Both the position numbers and the translations under genes were made by a program. From positions 140,286 through 204,285 of the forward strand of contig JAHQJS010000008.1 in NCBI GenBank assembly GCA_019057385.1: a DNA stretch of 64,000 bases, written 5' to 3'. The notes below the pieces were generated by a model, which was given only the letters and a program-made list of their open reading frames with translations, searched no databases and was not told the origin of the DNA. The number at the start of each line of letters is the position of its first letter. The stretch's first letter is position 1. Below are positions 40,673 to 50,075 of the stretch, piece after piece. Source of the DNA: Candidatus Borrarchaeum weybense. GTDB taxonomy: Archaea > Asgardarchaeota > Sifarchaeia > Borrarchaeales > Borrarchaeaceae.

Positions 40673-41503
40673 TTAACTTCTTATTACAGTTCCTACATTT
40701 TCCCCGTTAAGAATTCTGGTGAGAAATCCTTTTTTATGTCCGTTAACAATTTTTATTTCTTTTAAATGCTTAGAGTAAAGAAGTAACTCCACTGCTCTTC
40801 TTTCAAGAACCATATCCTCCATATCTCTTTCAAGAAGTTCTTCTGCAGTAATTTCACGAATAAGATCAGCATTTGGGTTCACGAATGGGTTTTCAGTATA
40901 TAGTCCATCCACGTTTTTCACCATGATACAATTCTTTGCTCCAAGCACCTCAGCAATGAGAACGGCGCCCGTATCAGTTCTATTTGGAGGAATAGATCCT
41001 ACTTTTGGCGGTTGTTCATATAGTCCATAGGTCGGAGTGCCATGAATCACTGGCAAGAGTCCAATGGCGAGTAAACTGGATATCTGCAGTAGATCGGCAG
41101 TATGTATCCTCACGCCATCGTATTTCGAGAGGAGAATAGACATCATGATGGCGTTTTGTTCACTAATCTTACCAGCCAATTCTGCTAGTACTCCAGTAGG
41201 CATGCCCAACTCGATTCCAATATCCATAATATGCCTTACCCTTACGCCACCGCCCGTTACCACCAAAAGTTTGTTCCTCTCGGAAAGTTTTCCAATCTCC
41301 TCAACTAAAGGCAGGACCACTTCTCTGCCATAATCAATGATTCCATGACCTCCTATCTTTATAATATTCAAGTCTGGGACAATTTTGACTTGAGGGACAA
41401 CATCAATTTTCTCGAACAATCCCTTCCGAACTAGTGATTCTCCCTTTAAACCCGATTCAAGTTCACGGCGCTTTGTCATTTTGATCAACTCAAGATGAGA
41501 CAT
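40673..41503 (-). CDS. Molybdenum storage protein-like (amino-acid-kinase/UMP kinase fold)
   Basis: ESL.., IKIGGHG.IDYG, TGGG.R.RH......LGMPTGVL, IPP.RTD.GA, KNVDGLYT. Confidence 0.82.
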   Translation of the reverse strand: MSHLELIKMTKRRELESGLKGESLVRKGLFEKIDVVPQVKIVPDLNIIKIGGHGIIDYGREVVLPLVEEIGKLSERNKLLVVTGGGVRVRHIMDIGIELGMPTGVLAELAGKISEQNAIMMSILLSKYDGVRIHTADLLQISSLLAIGLLPVIHGTPTYGLYEQPPKVGSIPPNRTDTGAVLIAEVLGAKNCIMVKNVDGLYTENPFVNPNADLIREITAEELLERDMEDMVLERRAVELLLYSKHLKEIKIVNGHKKGFLTRILNGENVGTVIRS

Positions 41504-41538
41504 TATTTTATAACTTATACGGTTAAGTCTTCGCTTTT

Positions 41539-41661
41539 TATATCAGGCAATATAACACTTGATATAATTGTTGTTATATCGATCTAAAAATGACTTGATG
41601 CTAACGATAACTTTATATGTTTGGCACTCAGATTATATCATGTGATATATCAATTGATATA
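41539..41661. promoter_or_regulatory. Four TATATCA-NN-TGATATA-type palindromes (two overlapping pairs)
   Basis: Sites start at 41539, 41551, 41634 and 41646. Confidence 0.65.
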
Positions 41662-41683
41662 ACAATTGAATGAGGTGAATCAT

Positions 41684-41908
41684 ATGAAAATCTACGTTCG
41701 TGAAAGAATGAAAGTAAAGACTGGAGTAAAAGCACCAAGATTTCGAGTTCTTGCTGTCACAAATGGCTCAGGAACAGACGCCCAACTGAGTTTTCCCACA
41801 AGAATGCACCTTAGGAAAGTAGAACTTGAACAAATTGCTAAGGATGTCGGTGCTGAAATTGTATATCTCCAGCCGATAGCTGAGGCAGAACGAGGAAAAA
41901 TGAAGTGA
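41684..41908 (+). CDS. Small basic hypothetical protein
   Basis: GAGGTGA RBS before ATG 41684; probably co-transcribed with the wHTH gene. Confidence 0.65.
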   Translation: MKIYVRERMKVKTGVKAPRFRVLAVTNGSGTDAQLSFPTRMHLRKVELEQIAKDVGAEIVYLQPIAEAERGKMK

Positions 41909-41918
41909 AGGAAAACAC

Positions 41919-42311
41919 ATGACGGCACTCACTGACGATGAGATCTTTGATGCGGCAATACAGATTATGCTTTTCATTGATCGTTCTATTACCATCCACT
42001 TTAGTAAAAATACTATTCAAGTAAGGTTTCCCACAACGCGAAAGTTGGCGGAGCATTTACAAATCCCACATTACTATGTACTTCCTTATTTCGCCACGAT
42101 GGAGAAGGACAACCTGATTATAAGAGTGGAGCGGGTAGGCATCTCTACAACTCAAGCAGGCAGTAAAAAACTGATCGAGTTAATGGCCACCAAATATAAA
42201 GAAAAGACTGAATCCGTTATCGGAACTGCGCTTTTTGAAGAGATTCAAAACCGTGTAATGATTGAAGATCGAACACGAGACCTAACTCTTCCTGAATCAA
42301 ATAGCGAATAA
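41919..42311 (+). CDS. GntR-like winged-helix protein
   Basis: FPTTRKLAEHLQIP...MEKDNLI.R..RVG. Confidence 0.65.
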   Translation: MTALTDDEIFDAAIQIMLFIDRSITIHFSKNTIQVRFPTTRKLAEHLQIPHYYVLPYFATMEKDNLIIRVERVGISTTQAGSKKLIELMATKYKEKTESVIGTALFEEIQNRVMIEDRTRDLTLPESNSE

Positions 42312-42386
42312 GGCTCAGAAGATGAGTATAAACACAAAGCAAAATCCCTTTGGCTCAAGAGCGAGCGTTAGTAAATCAAAAAAATG

Positions 42387-42530
42387 TTATTGAGACTTTA
42401 AGCGTTTAATAATTGGTGGCCTTCCTTTATACAGAATTCGCTGACCACAGTGTGGGCATTTTACGCCAGGCAATGCTTCTGTAAGGTTAATATCAACCTC
42501 TTGCTTGCACTTGTAGCAAGTGTACACCAT
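42387..42530 (-). CDS. rpoP: DNA-directed RNA polymerase subunit P (Rpo12), 47 aa, missing from the ORF track
   Basis: MVYTCYKCKQEV...VKCPHCGQRILYKGRPPIIKRLKSQ; GGTGA RBS. Confidence 0.88.
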   Translation of the reverse strand: MVYTCYKCKQEVDINLTEALPGVKCPHCGQRILYKGRPPIIKRLKSQ

Positions 42531-42715
42531 GTAAGTTCACCATCACTTTTTCTTTCCTAACTCGTTATAAAGATTTCCTTAGATTCAAGTTTACCAAAAT
42601 ACTGTTTATCCCTTTAGATATGCAATCGAATTTCTTACTTGTATCCGATACGTTATTTAAGAAGTTATCAATTTTATATCATGAGATTCCTTAAACGCAA
42701 TCTAGAGGCAATTAT

Positions 42716-43315
42716 ATGACCATACACGGATTTTTTGTAGTTGAAAGGGTGAGAGAAGCGTGTATCTATTATTATCGAGAGCCAGACAGCAACCTGAAAC
42801 TTGATCACTCAACTATTGGGCCATTTGCTAGTATTATTGCAAATATTAGTGAAACATTCAGAGCAGACGGTAAAGAAAAACTGCAATTTTTTATCACATC
42901 AAATTATAAACTGTCATTCGATGTGGATCAAAACTTAATCTGTATTATTGTTGCTTCAGCAGATTACGATGATCTAGAGTTGATCTATTTAATAACACAA
43001 ATGAGCAATGATATAAGAGCGTTTTGTTCTCAATATAACGATTTGTCGCAATTTCCAATTAAAAATTATATCTGGCAAGGGCATGTAAGGCATAGCAGTC
43101 CTGATAGGGCTTCAAAAACCATTTTAATGCGACTAGGTGATATTTTACAGGAACTTGATTTCTTGGTCAAAGATGTAGATCTATTGAAGACTTCCTCGAA
43201 TTATGATAGTTCGAATTTGCCAGTAATTTCAGCGATGGAAACATCACTTGAACAGAAGATCTCGCAAGTTCGAGAAAAATTAAAAGAATTGCCCTACGTA
43301 GGCGGCGAGTTCTAA
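42716..43315 (+). CDS. Longin-like domain protein with C-terminal helix
   Basis: IHGFFVV....CIYY, helix, KL.FF....KLSF....LICIIV pattern. Confidence 0.5.
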   Translation: MTIHGFFVVERVREACIYYYREPDSNLKLDHSTIGPFASIIANISETFRADGKEKLQFFITSNYKLSFDVDQNLICIIVASADYDDLELIYLITQMSNDIRAFCSQYNDLSQFPIKNYIWQGHVRHSSPDRASKTILMRLGDILQELDFLVKDVDLLKTSSNYDSSNLPVISAMETSLEQKISQVREKLKELPYVGGEF

Positions 43316-43363
43316 ATTGATAACCTGCCTCCAGGTAGGGTTATGAGTATTGCTTTACTTATC

Positions 43364-43909
43364 TTATACGGTGTTTTCTACATCTACTTCTAGGACAAAC
43401 TTAGTTTCAGTATGGCTGATAGCTTGTTCCTCTGTCAATGCGAGTGCGGTCAGTCTTCCAATTTCAGTAAATCTTACTGGAATACCTTTGTTGTCTCTAT
43501 TTCCTGCACTAATCAATCCAGCATTCCTTAGAGCTACGAGATTCCAACGAATTGTCGATGGCGCTACGTTCAACTTTTCGGAGAGTATGCCGATCATTGC
43601 TGTCAAAGTAAGAGATGCACCATTCATGTTGGCAATTTCTCTAAGAATAGTCTTCTGCTTAGGCGTCAGATTGTCAAAAACAGTTGCGACTATTTTTTCT
43701 TGGTATTTTGAAAGTTTTTCCTCTAATATTTTGTTTTTATGTCTTAAGAAGTAGTGGATAGTCAAAATATCCGAAAGAATAGTTTCAATATCTCCAACAA
43801 GTTCAGTATCTGACACGATATCCAAGAAAAGTGTTTTTAGCGTTTTTATACGATGCCTAAATTCTATTTGTTCAGAAAAAACTAATTTTTCAATGGAGAA
43901 CCAATTCAC
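43364..43909 (-). CDS. Winged-helix (MarR/ArsR-like) DNA-binding protein
   Basis: LTPKQK.IL, STIRWNL..LR.AGLI, FTEIGR. Confidence 0.7.
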   Translation of the reverse strand: MNWFSIEKLVFSEQIEFRHRIKTLKTLFLDIVSDTELVGDIETILSDILTIHYFLRHKNKILEEKLSKYQEKIVATVFDNLTPKQKTILREIANMNGASLTLTAMIGILSEKLNVAPSTIRWNLVALRNAGLISAGNRDNKGIPVRFTEIGRLTALALTEEQAISHTETKFVLEVDVENTV

Positions 43910-44374
43910 CCACTTAAGGCACCCCCAATTAGACCTCTTTTGAGTCTAACGGATTCTTAGTTAAGGGATTTTGAAAACATATGATACGGGGGGTTTTTTA
44001 AAGTTTTTGTAAATGATTTTTTGTATGCTATATACCTATATGATACTCTATGTTTAAGTCGCAAAAACATTTTGTATAGTTTGCGGAGGATTTCACTACA
44101 AAATTAAAAAGCACCATTTTTCAAAATAGTAATTAATTTTATCGAAATAGCGAAGGGGAACGCAAAGATGGATCTTCAACTAAGAATGTTACAAATCTTC
44201 TTTGCGAAAACCGGGAAACTCACGTAAAAAATTGCGATATTTGAGAAATATTTAAATATGATCTATGAGAATATTGTAATGTATCTTCAATACCCTACTA
44301 TATATTCGCGATTTAGACTCTCATTGAATAAGAAATTCAAATGAGAATTTCGATAAAAACGAGGCTGTGTTCTC

Positions 44375-45334
44375 ATGGTGGAGAGTACTGAATTAACTGA
44401 AACTAAATTTACACCGGGTGTAGCTATTTCTTCTCAAGAATGTATGGAATGCGGTTCAACTGAAATTGTAATGGACTCTATTCGAGGGGAGAGAATTTGT
44501 AGTATATGTGGATTAGTAATTACAGAACATGTGATAGATACTGGTCCTGAATGGAGAGCGTTTACTTCAGATGAACGCAATAAAAGAAGCAGAGTAGGCA
44601 GTCCAGTCTCATGCGTTGTTCCTTCTATGGGACTATCAACTATGATTGGGTGGGAAAATAGAGATATTTATGGCAACAAATTGTCACCAAAAAAACGTGC
44701 CCAAATCTATAGATTGAGAAAATGGCAAATACGAACAAGATCACAAGGTTCTTATGAGCGTAATCTCTCCCACGCTATACGCGAACTAGAAAGACTTTCT
44801 AGTCAACTTGGAATTCACAATGGAGTAAAAGAATCAGCGGCTGTCATCTATCGGCGGGCTATAGAAAAAAAGTTAGTTCGTGGACGTTCAATAGAAGCTA
44901 TGGTTGCTGCATCTGTGTATGCAGGTTCACGACTTAGGAAAGTTCCTCGTACCCTGGATGAGATTGCCCAGTGTACACGTGTTAATAAAAAAGAATTAGG
45001 TCGTTGCTATCGTTTAATTCTTCGAGAACTTCATATTTCAATCCCCATAGCCAGTCCAGTTGACTTCATTTCTCGTTTTAGTGAAGAATTAAAAATCTCT
45101 GGAAAAACTCAACAACGTGCAATAGAAATTCTAAATCAAGCAAAAGAATTTGGAATTACTGCTGGTAAAGATCCAACTGGTCTTGCTGCTGCAGCATTGT
45201 ATATCTCAAGCATTACTGAAGGTGAGAGAAGAACCCAAAGGGAAATTGCAGAAATAGCAAGGATAACTGAAGTTACTGTTCGTAACCGCTACAAGGAAAT
45301 TGTTAGAGTACTTGGAATAAAAATAGCTGTCTAG
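44375..45334 (+). CDS. tfb: Transcription initiation factor IIB
   Basis: Zn ribbon CMECGS..C..CG, GPEWRAF, RLRKWQ, LVRGRSIE, GKDPTGLAAA, TEVTVRNRYKE. Confidence 0.97.
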   Translation: MVESTELTETKFTPGVAISSQECMECGSTEIVMDSIRGERICSICGLVITEHVIDTGPEWRAFTSDERNKRSRVGSPVSCVVPSMGLSTMIGWENRDIYGNKLSPKKRAQIYRLRKWQIRTRSQGSYERNLSHAIRELERLSSQLGIHNGVKESAAVIYRRAIEKKLVRGRSIEAMVAASVYAGSRLRKVPRTLDEIAQCTRVNKKELGRCYRLILRELHISIPIASPVDFISRFSEELKISGKTQQRAIEILNQAKEFGITAGKDPTGLAAAALYISSITEGERRTQREIAEIARITEVTVRNRYKEIVRVLGIKIAV

Positions 45335-45371
45335 ATATTATATTAAATGGCATTATCCTTCTTTTTTTTAA

Positions 45372-45672
45372 TTTTATTGGCGGGAAGTCCCCTTGCGCCA
45401 GCTGGGGGATGAAAGCCGCAAGGTTTTTATAGTGTTTTGCACAGAAGAGTTCTGATGAATATCGAGAGGAAAGCAGGGATACAAGACTCTTGATAGGAAG
45501 GCAGTATGGTGTGATTTTGAAACCTGAGGGTTGCTATCACAGAATGCCAAGTGGACAGGCTATTCTCTTTAGAGGGTAATCTGCGACACACAGCCGAACG
45601 TAAAACGAAAGTTTCCCGCAAGGGTTGGGAGGACTCGCAGGAAGCCCCATCTGAAAGGGTGGGGTAGTTCAC
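45372..45672 (+). mobile_element. ORF-less element K: left end + TATA + omega-RNA scaffold cognate to the 29-kb TnpB + right end
   Basis: About 140 nt homologous to the tnpB 3' end with conserved hairpins; same TTTAA + 7 nt left-end geometry. Confidence 0.9.
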
Positions 45673-47054
45673 TGAACATGTTGATACCATCGTTTATATT
45701 CCACTAATGCCCCTAATGTTCTAATAGCTCTTTCTGGTAGTGTATGAACTGGAATTTTGTTCCACTCTAAAAATCTTTTATATTTTTCAAATTGCTTAAA
45801 TGTGCTTCCCAAGCAGGATATAATAGGTTTTTTACTGCTTTTCATAACTGCAACAAGTGTTTTGATTGTCTGAAACTCGATATTTGGACCACTTGGGATT
45901 GTTACGACAAGCACAGAATCAACTTGTGGGTCGCTTAGAATGAGTTTTGTTACCCATTCATATCTCTCCGTGTCAGCATCCGCTGCTAAATCAACTGGAT
46001 TTGAAGGGGTACAATGTTGAGGTAAACTATGCAATTGTTCAAGCGTTTTACTGCTAAACTCTGCAAGACGTAAATCATTATTTTCAAGAGCATCTGCTGC
46101 TAAGACACCATGTCCACCACTATTTGTTATTATACCCACATTATTTCCTTTAGGTAATGGTTGAGTTGCAAAGCAATAGCAAATATCAAGGAGTTCTTCT
46201 AGATCCTTTGCAGTGATTACACCTGTTTGTTTGAACATTGCTTTAAATGATTCTACAGAACCTGCGAGAGACCCAGTATGTGATTTTGAAGCTTTTGCTC
46301 CTGCTTCTGTTTTTCCAACTTTGCAAATAATAACGGGTTTTGCTTTAGTAACCTCTCTTAGTGTCTTGTAAAATCGTCTTCCTTCTTTTACACCCTCAAC
46401 ATACATTCCGATAACTTTAGTGGTTGTATCTTGTTTTAAATATCCTAGAAGATCGCTTTCATTTACATCTATGGCATTTCCATAAGAACATGTTTTACTA
46501 ATTCCTATCCCCCGATATGCACACCATTCAAGTAGTGTTACAAGGATTGCTCCAGATTGGGATAACAACGCAATATTTCCTTTTGTTGGATATCCTATTG
46601 TCCTTTCACGTGGTACAAGAAAACTATTGATTCCAGAATAAGGATCAAATATACCAATACAATTTGGACCAATGATTTGCATTCCATACTTATGAGCAAT
46701 TTTTGTGATTTCATTTTCTCTTTCAGTTCCTACTTCATTTCCTGTTTCTCCAAAGCCTCCAGTGACAATTATAATTACTTTAACTCCCTTTTCTCCGCAT
46801 TCTTGAACAATCTTAGGAACTTGTTGTGCTGTTAAAGCTATTATTGCAAGATCCACAGATTCAGGAATATCCTTTATTTTGGAATAAACAGGAGTGTTCA
46901 AGATTTCATCTGCATAAGGATTAATTGGATAAATTGTACCTTTGTATTTTTGGAGAATCATGTTCTCTAGAATTATGTACCCGATTTTTCCTTTATTCCT
47001 ACTTGCTCCGATTATAGCAACATTAAGGGGAGAAAAAAAAACTTCTAATGATAT
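45669..47054 (-). CDS. acdA: ADP-forming acyl-CoA synthetase alpha subunit; in-frame N-terminus extends to an ATA codon at 47054
   Basis: (I/M)SLEVFFSP.NVAIIGAS..KGKIGY, IIGPNC.G, SQSGA, SHTGSLAG, TNSGG.GVL. Confidence 0.88.
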   Translation of the reverse strand: MSLEVFFSPLNVAIIGASRNKGKIGYIILENMILQKYKGTIYPINPYADEILNTPVYSKIKDIPESVDLAIIALTAQQVPKIVQECGEKGVKVIIIVTGGFGETGNEVGTERENEITKIAHKYGMQIIGPNCIGIFDPYSGINSFLVPRERTIGYPTKGNIALLSQSGAILVTLLEWCAYRGIGISKTCSYGNAIDVNESDLLGYLKQDTTTKVIGMYVEGVKEGRRFYKTLREVTKAKPVIICKVGKTEAGAKASKSHTGSLAGSVESFKAMFKQTGVITAKDLEELLDICYCFATQPLPKGNNVGIITNSGGHGVLAADALENNDLRLAEFSSKTLEQLHSLPQHCTPSNPVDLAADADTERYEWVTKLILSDPQVDSVLVVTIPSGPNIEFQTIKTLVAVMKSSKKPIISCLGSTFKQFEKYKRFLEWNKIPVHTLPERAIRTLGALVEYKRWYQHVQ

Positions 47055-47144
47055 TCATATCACCTTAAGTAGTAGATTATTATTTGTTTTAATTGCATGA
47101 TTCGTTCTGTAATCTTTTAGATGTTTCAGCCTTAATTTTTTTAT

Positions 47145-47472
47145 CTAATTTCGCAAGAAGACTCCTCAACTTGTGGGGGGGATGAATTGCGGTAGAGTGT
47201 CTTACTTTCACGCAGGTCACCCTAAACTTAAATAGTAGTTACCTATCATCTAAATGTATAGTATGCTGAGGTGTCTGGCTTGGCGTTAAGGGCGTAAACA
47301 AGACACAGTACCGATGAGGGTACTGTCGGACCTCAAGTGTCCCTTGAGGGACGGGGGCTGCCGTGGACCAGCCCGAAATGTCGATGACTAGGTTTAATGT
47401 GACCAACCGTGTTGGCTAAGCAGAACAGCCTAGGAGGGCAGAAGCTACCTAACTTGTTTGGTGGTAGTTCAC
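47145..47472 (+). mobile_element. ORF-less IS605-derived element L (family 3) with a highly structured scaffold
   Basis: Left-end hairpin + TTAAATA; stems GTGTCT/AGACAC, ACAGTACC/GGTACTGT, CCTCAAG/CTTGAGG, GGGCTG/CAGCCC; ends GGTAGTTCAC. Confidence 0.85.
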
Positions 47473-47496
47473 AGGATAATCTGATATCTAATTCCT

Positions 47497-49572
47497 ATGT
47501 TCAGATTAACAAAATACAAGAAAATAGCGTTTCTTTTTTTCTTGGTTATGTTGTTTGTAATTCCAATATTTCTAACTTCATATCCAGATAATAACGCCCA
47601 AATTATCAAACTAGATATAATTAAACCTAAAAAAGTTCATGCAGGCAATCGGTTGAAGATTGAAGGAAGTGTAAAATATCTTGGACCTTTTAGTAGTTCT
47701 TTAGATGTCGTTCTTTTGGTGAATGGAACTCGAGAGCAGACTCGAAGGATTTTTATATCGAGTTATCAAACTATTAATATCTCATTTTTTTGGACGCCCG
47801 CAAGAAAAGGAGCGTATTTAGTTTCTTTGAGAATATATAATTCGCCCACCTCATTCAAGGAGAGCCCAGTCCTCACTATACAAGTTGATTCCATAGCAGG
47901 TCATCAAAAATATACCATGGCCTTATATCATTTTAATGTTCAATATGTTCCAGGATCAACTGCTATTGAAAATCGAGTTATAGAAGAATCGTTTTACCCA
48001 CTCCTCAAAATGTATCAGCGTCATAGCACATGGAGATGTAATATTGAACTTAGTGGCTATATGCTCGAACTCTTGCATCAGAGATATCCCCATATATTAG
48101 ATTTTCTCAAGTTTCTTGTGAGTGAAGGGAAAATTGAACTTATTGTAAGTCATTATTCAGAGCAGTTTTTAGTGGCATATCCTCGAACTGATATGGCAAA
48201 ATCAATAGAGATCTCAGATTCATTGCTTGATTCCTTAGATCTCGTTCGCTCTGGATTATTTTTTGCACAAGAGAGCCAGTGGACACCTGGATATGCTGAA
48301 CTGCTTAACGCGTACGACTATGATACAGTTGTCGTATCAAGTGATCCATTCTATAATTACTTGCATCAAAGAATGAAAATAACATCTCCACTTTACTTCT
48401 TAGAAGATAATTCAACTCAATCTCTTAGTGCTGATGAAAGGCAAGTAAATGTGCTTCTTTTTACAAAACCTAAACTTATCAATGATATAGAATTTCGTTG
48501 GTCTTGGGCTTATGATGGAGAATTTGCCAATACTTATGCTTACAATAATGACTTTCGCTATGATTCATCAAGAGCACAAGCACATGAAAACAAATTGGAA
48601 AAATATGAGGCAGAAGGATACTATTTCGCTTTCATAAGCGAGATCGTATCATTGCTAAATGAGATGACTGACCCTGAAAGAATTCCAAAAATTCCAGAAG
48701 CAACTTGGGACATGAAGAAATGTAAAGGTGTTTGGCGATGGATGGGTGACAATATAGCTGATTATGAAGATGATGCCTTTGTAAGAGCATATACTTATCA
48801 GGCACGACAAGAGGCACTAGTTGCTGAAGTATTGCTTGAAAAAACCCGTGAAAAGGGAATAGATGTTTCAGATGAAGAACAAACGCTTCTCAACATTTGG
48901 AAGCAAATCTTACTTGCAGAGGTATCAGATTCAACTGGATGGTTTCCTTGGGAGATTGAAGTTAAAGAATCAATTAAACTTACAGATTCTGCTCTCATAT
49001 TATTGGATAATGTAATTGCGGAATTGAAAATGAAATTAGGATATCAAGATAGTCTGTTAAAGGTAGATCCTTCTAAGAACACCATTTCAAAGGTTTCATC
49101 AATTAGTTCCCCGGAACCTACATCTACTCCTAATCTAAACATGAAAATTAAAGGCGGTCCTTATCAAATAAATTATACTAAGGGAGAATTTGGTGTAACA
49201 ATCAATATCAAGATGTTTCTTGAAGAGAAAAGTACGGTTGAAATCAGATTTCCTGCCGAGAATAGTATCATGTATTCTCCCAGTCTGGCAGAGAACACAT
49301 TAATCACTTTAAACCCGTCAGATATCCATGAAAATCCATATTTGCCACTTTCTAACGGTTTAGTGATAATTAATGGCAGTAAAGCCATTATAAAACATTG
49401 TGCCGAACGTCATATGGCAATGCAATGGAATCGCGACAAGTATATCGTCTTTAAAGAAAATTCAGTCAGTGGGAATCTTACTTATTCATTCACGTTCGTA
49501 GAAGACATATTCTACTTCAATTTCATTTATATTGCAAATTCAATCAATGTCTATCCACATTTGATTGTTTAA
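47497..49572 (+). CDS. Secreted/membrane-anchored GH57-like glycoside hydrolase with N-terminal Ig/CARDB-like domain, copy 1
   Basis: HFN.QY, ESFYPLL, LSGYMLE, G.F.AQE, DGE, EVSDSTGW motifs. Confidence 0.72.
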   Translation: MFRLTKYKKIAFLFFLVMLFVIPIFLTSYPDNNAQIIKLDIIKPKKVHAGNRLKIEGSVKYLGPFSSSLDVVLLVNGTREQTRRIFISSYQTINISFFWTPARKGAYLVSLRIYNSPTSFKESPVLTIQVDSIAGHQKYTMALYHFNVQYVPGSTAIENRVIEESFYPLLKMYQRHSTWRCNIELSGYMLELLHQRYPHILDFLKFLVSEGKIELIVSHYSEQFLVAYPRTDMAKSIEISDSLLDSLDLVRSGLFFAQESQWTPGYAELLNAYDYDTVVVSSDPFYNYLHQRMKITSPLYFLEDNSTQSLSADERQVNVLLFTKPKLINDIEFRWSWAYDGEFANTYAYNNDFRYDSSRAQAHENKLEKYEAEGYYFAFISEIVSLLNEMTDPERIPKIPEATWDMKKCKGVWRWMGDNIADYEDDAFVRAYTYQARQEALVAEVLLEKTREKGIDVSDEEQTLLNIWKQILLAEVSDSTGWFPWEIEVKESIKLTDSALILLDNVIAELKMKLGYQDSLLKVDPSKNTISKVSSISSPEPTSTPNLNMKIKGGPYQINYTKGEFGVTINIKMFLEEKSTVEIRFPAENSIMYSPSLAENTLITLNPSDIHENPYLPLSNGLVIINGSKAIIKHCAERHMAMQWNRDKYIVFKENSVSGNLTYSFTFVEDIFYFNFIYIANSINVYPHLIV

Positions 49573-50075
49573 TGCATGGTTTCAAAAAATTATGAACAAG
49601 GCCTTCTTGTATATTTTATTTATGCGAAGTATGGGTGGTCAACTGTTGATAGTTTTATGGACAAATCTTGCCAAATGTAGTCAAATATCTCGTTTGAGAC
49701 AAGTATTTCGTGGTGAAAGCTGATGAGCTGGGTTCACCTGTTACCCGCTAATAGAAACGCTGTCTTTTTATAGTGGGTTACCCTAGAGTATATCTGCCAG
49801 TAACTGACTGGACTCACACATCACCACCATCCTCACTTGGGAATGATCGCAGTCATGACCTCTCTAACGCAAAGTTATCCACTCAAACTCCCACAAGATA
49901 CTACCTTACGCCACCAACTGGATATATTACGGGATCTGGTTCTACACGCCGCTCAACTGTCCTAGCGGGGACACCATTCACGTCCTTCTTCAGACTGTGA
50001 GTGGATAGACCTTGTTACTACTTGTCTATAGTTGTAAAGAAATGTCTATGATGAAAGGAACGGTGTCTATGGTAC

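Noticed and set aside
49719-49780. Hammerhead-like CTGATGAG...GAAAC
   Set aside because: Five extra nt between stem II and GAAA, and stem III lacks the A-U closing pair and cleavage triplet
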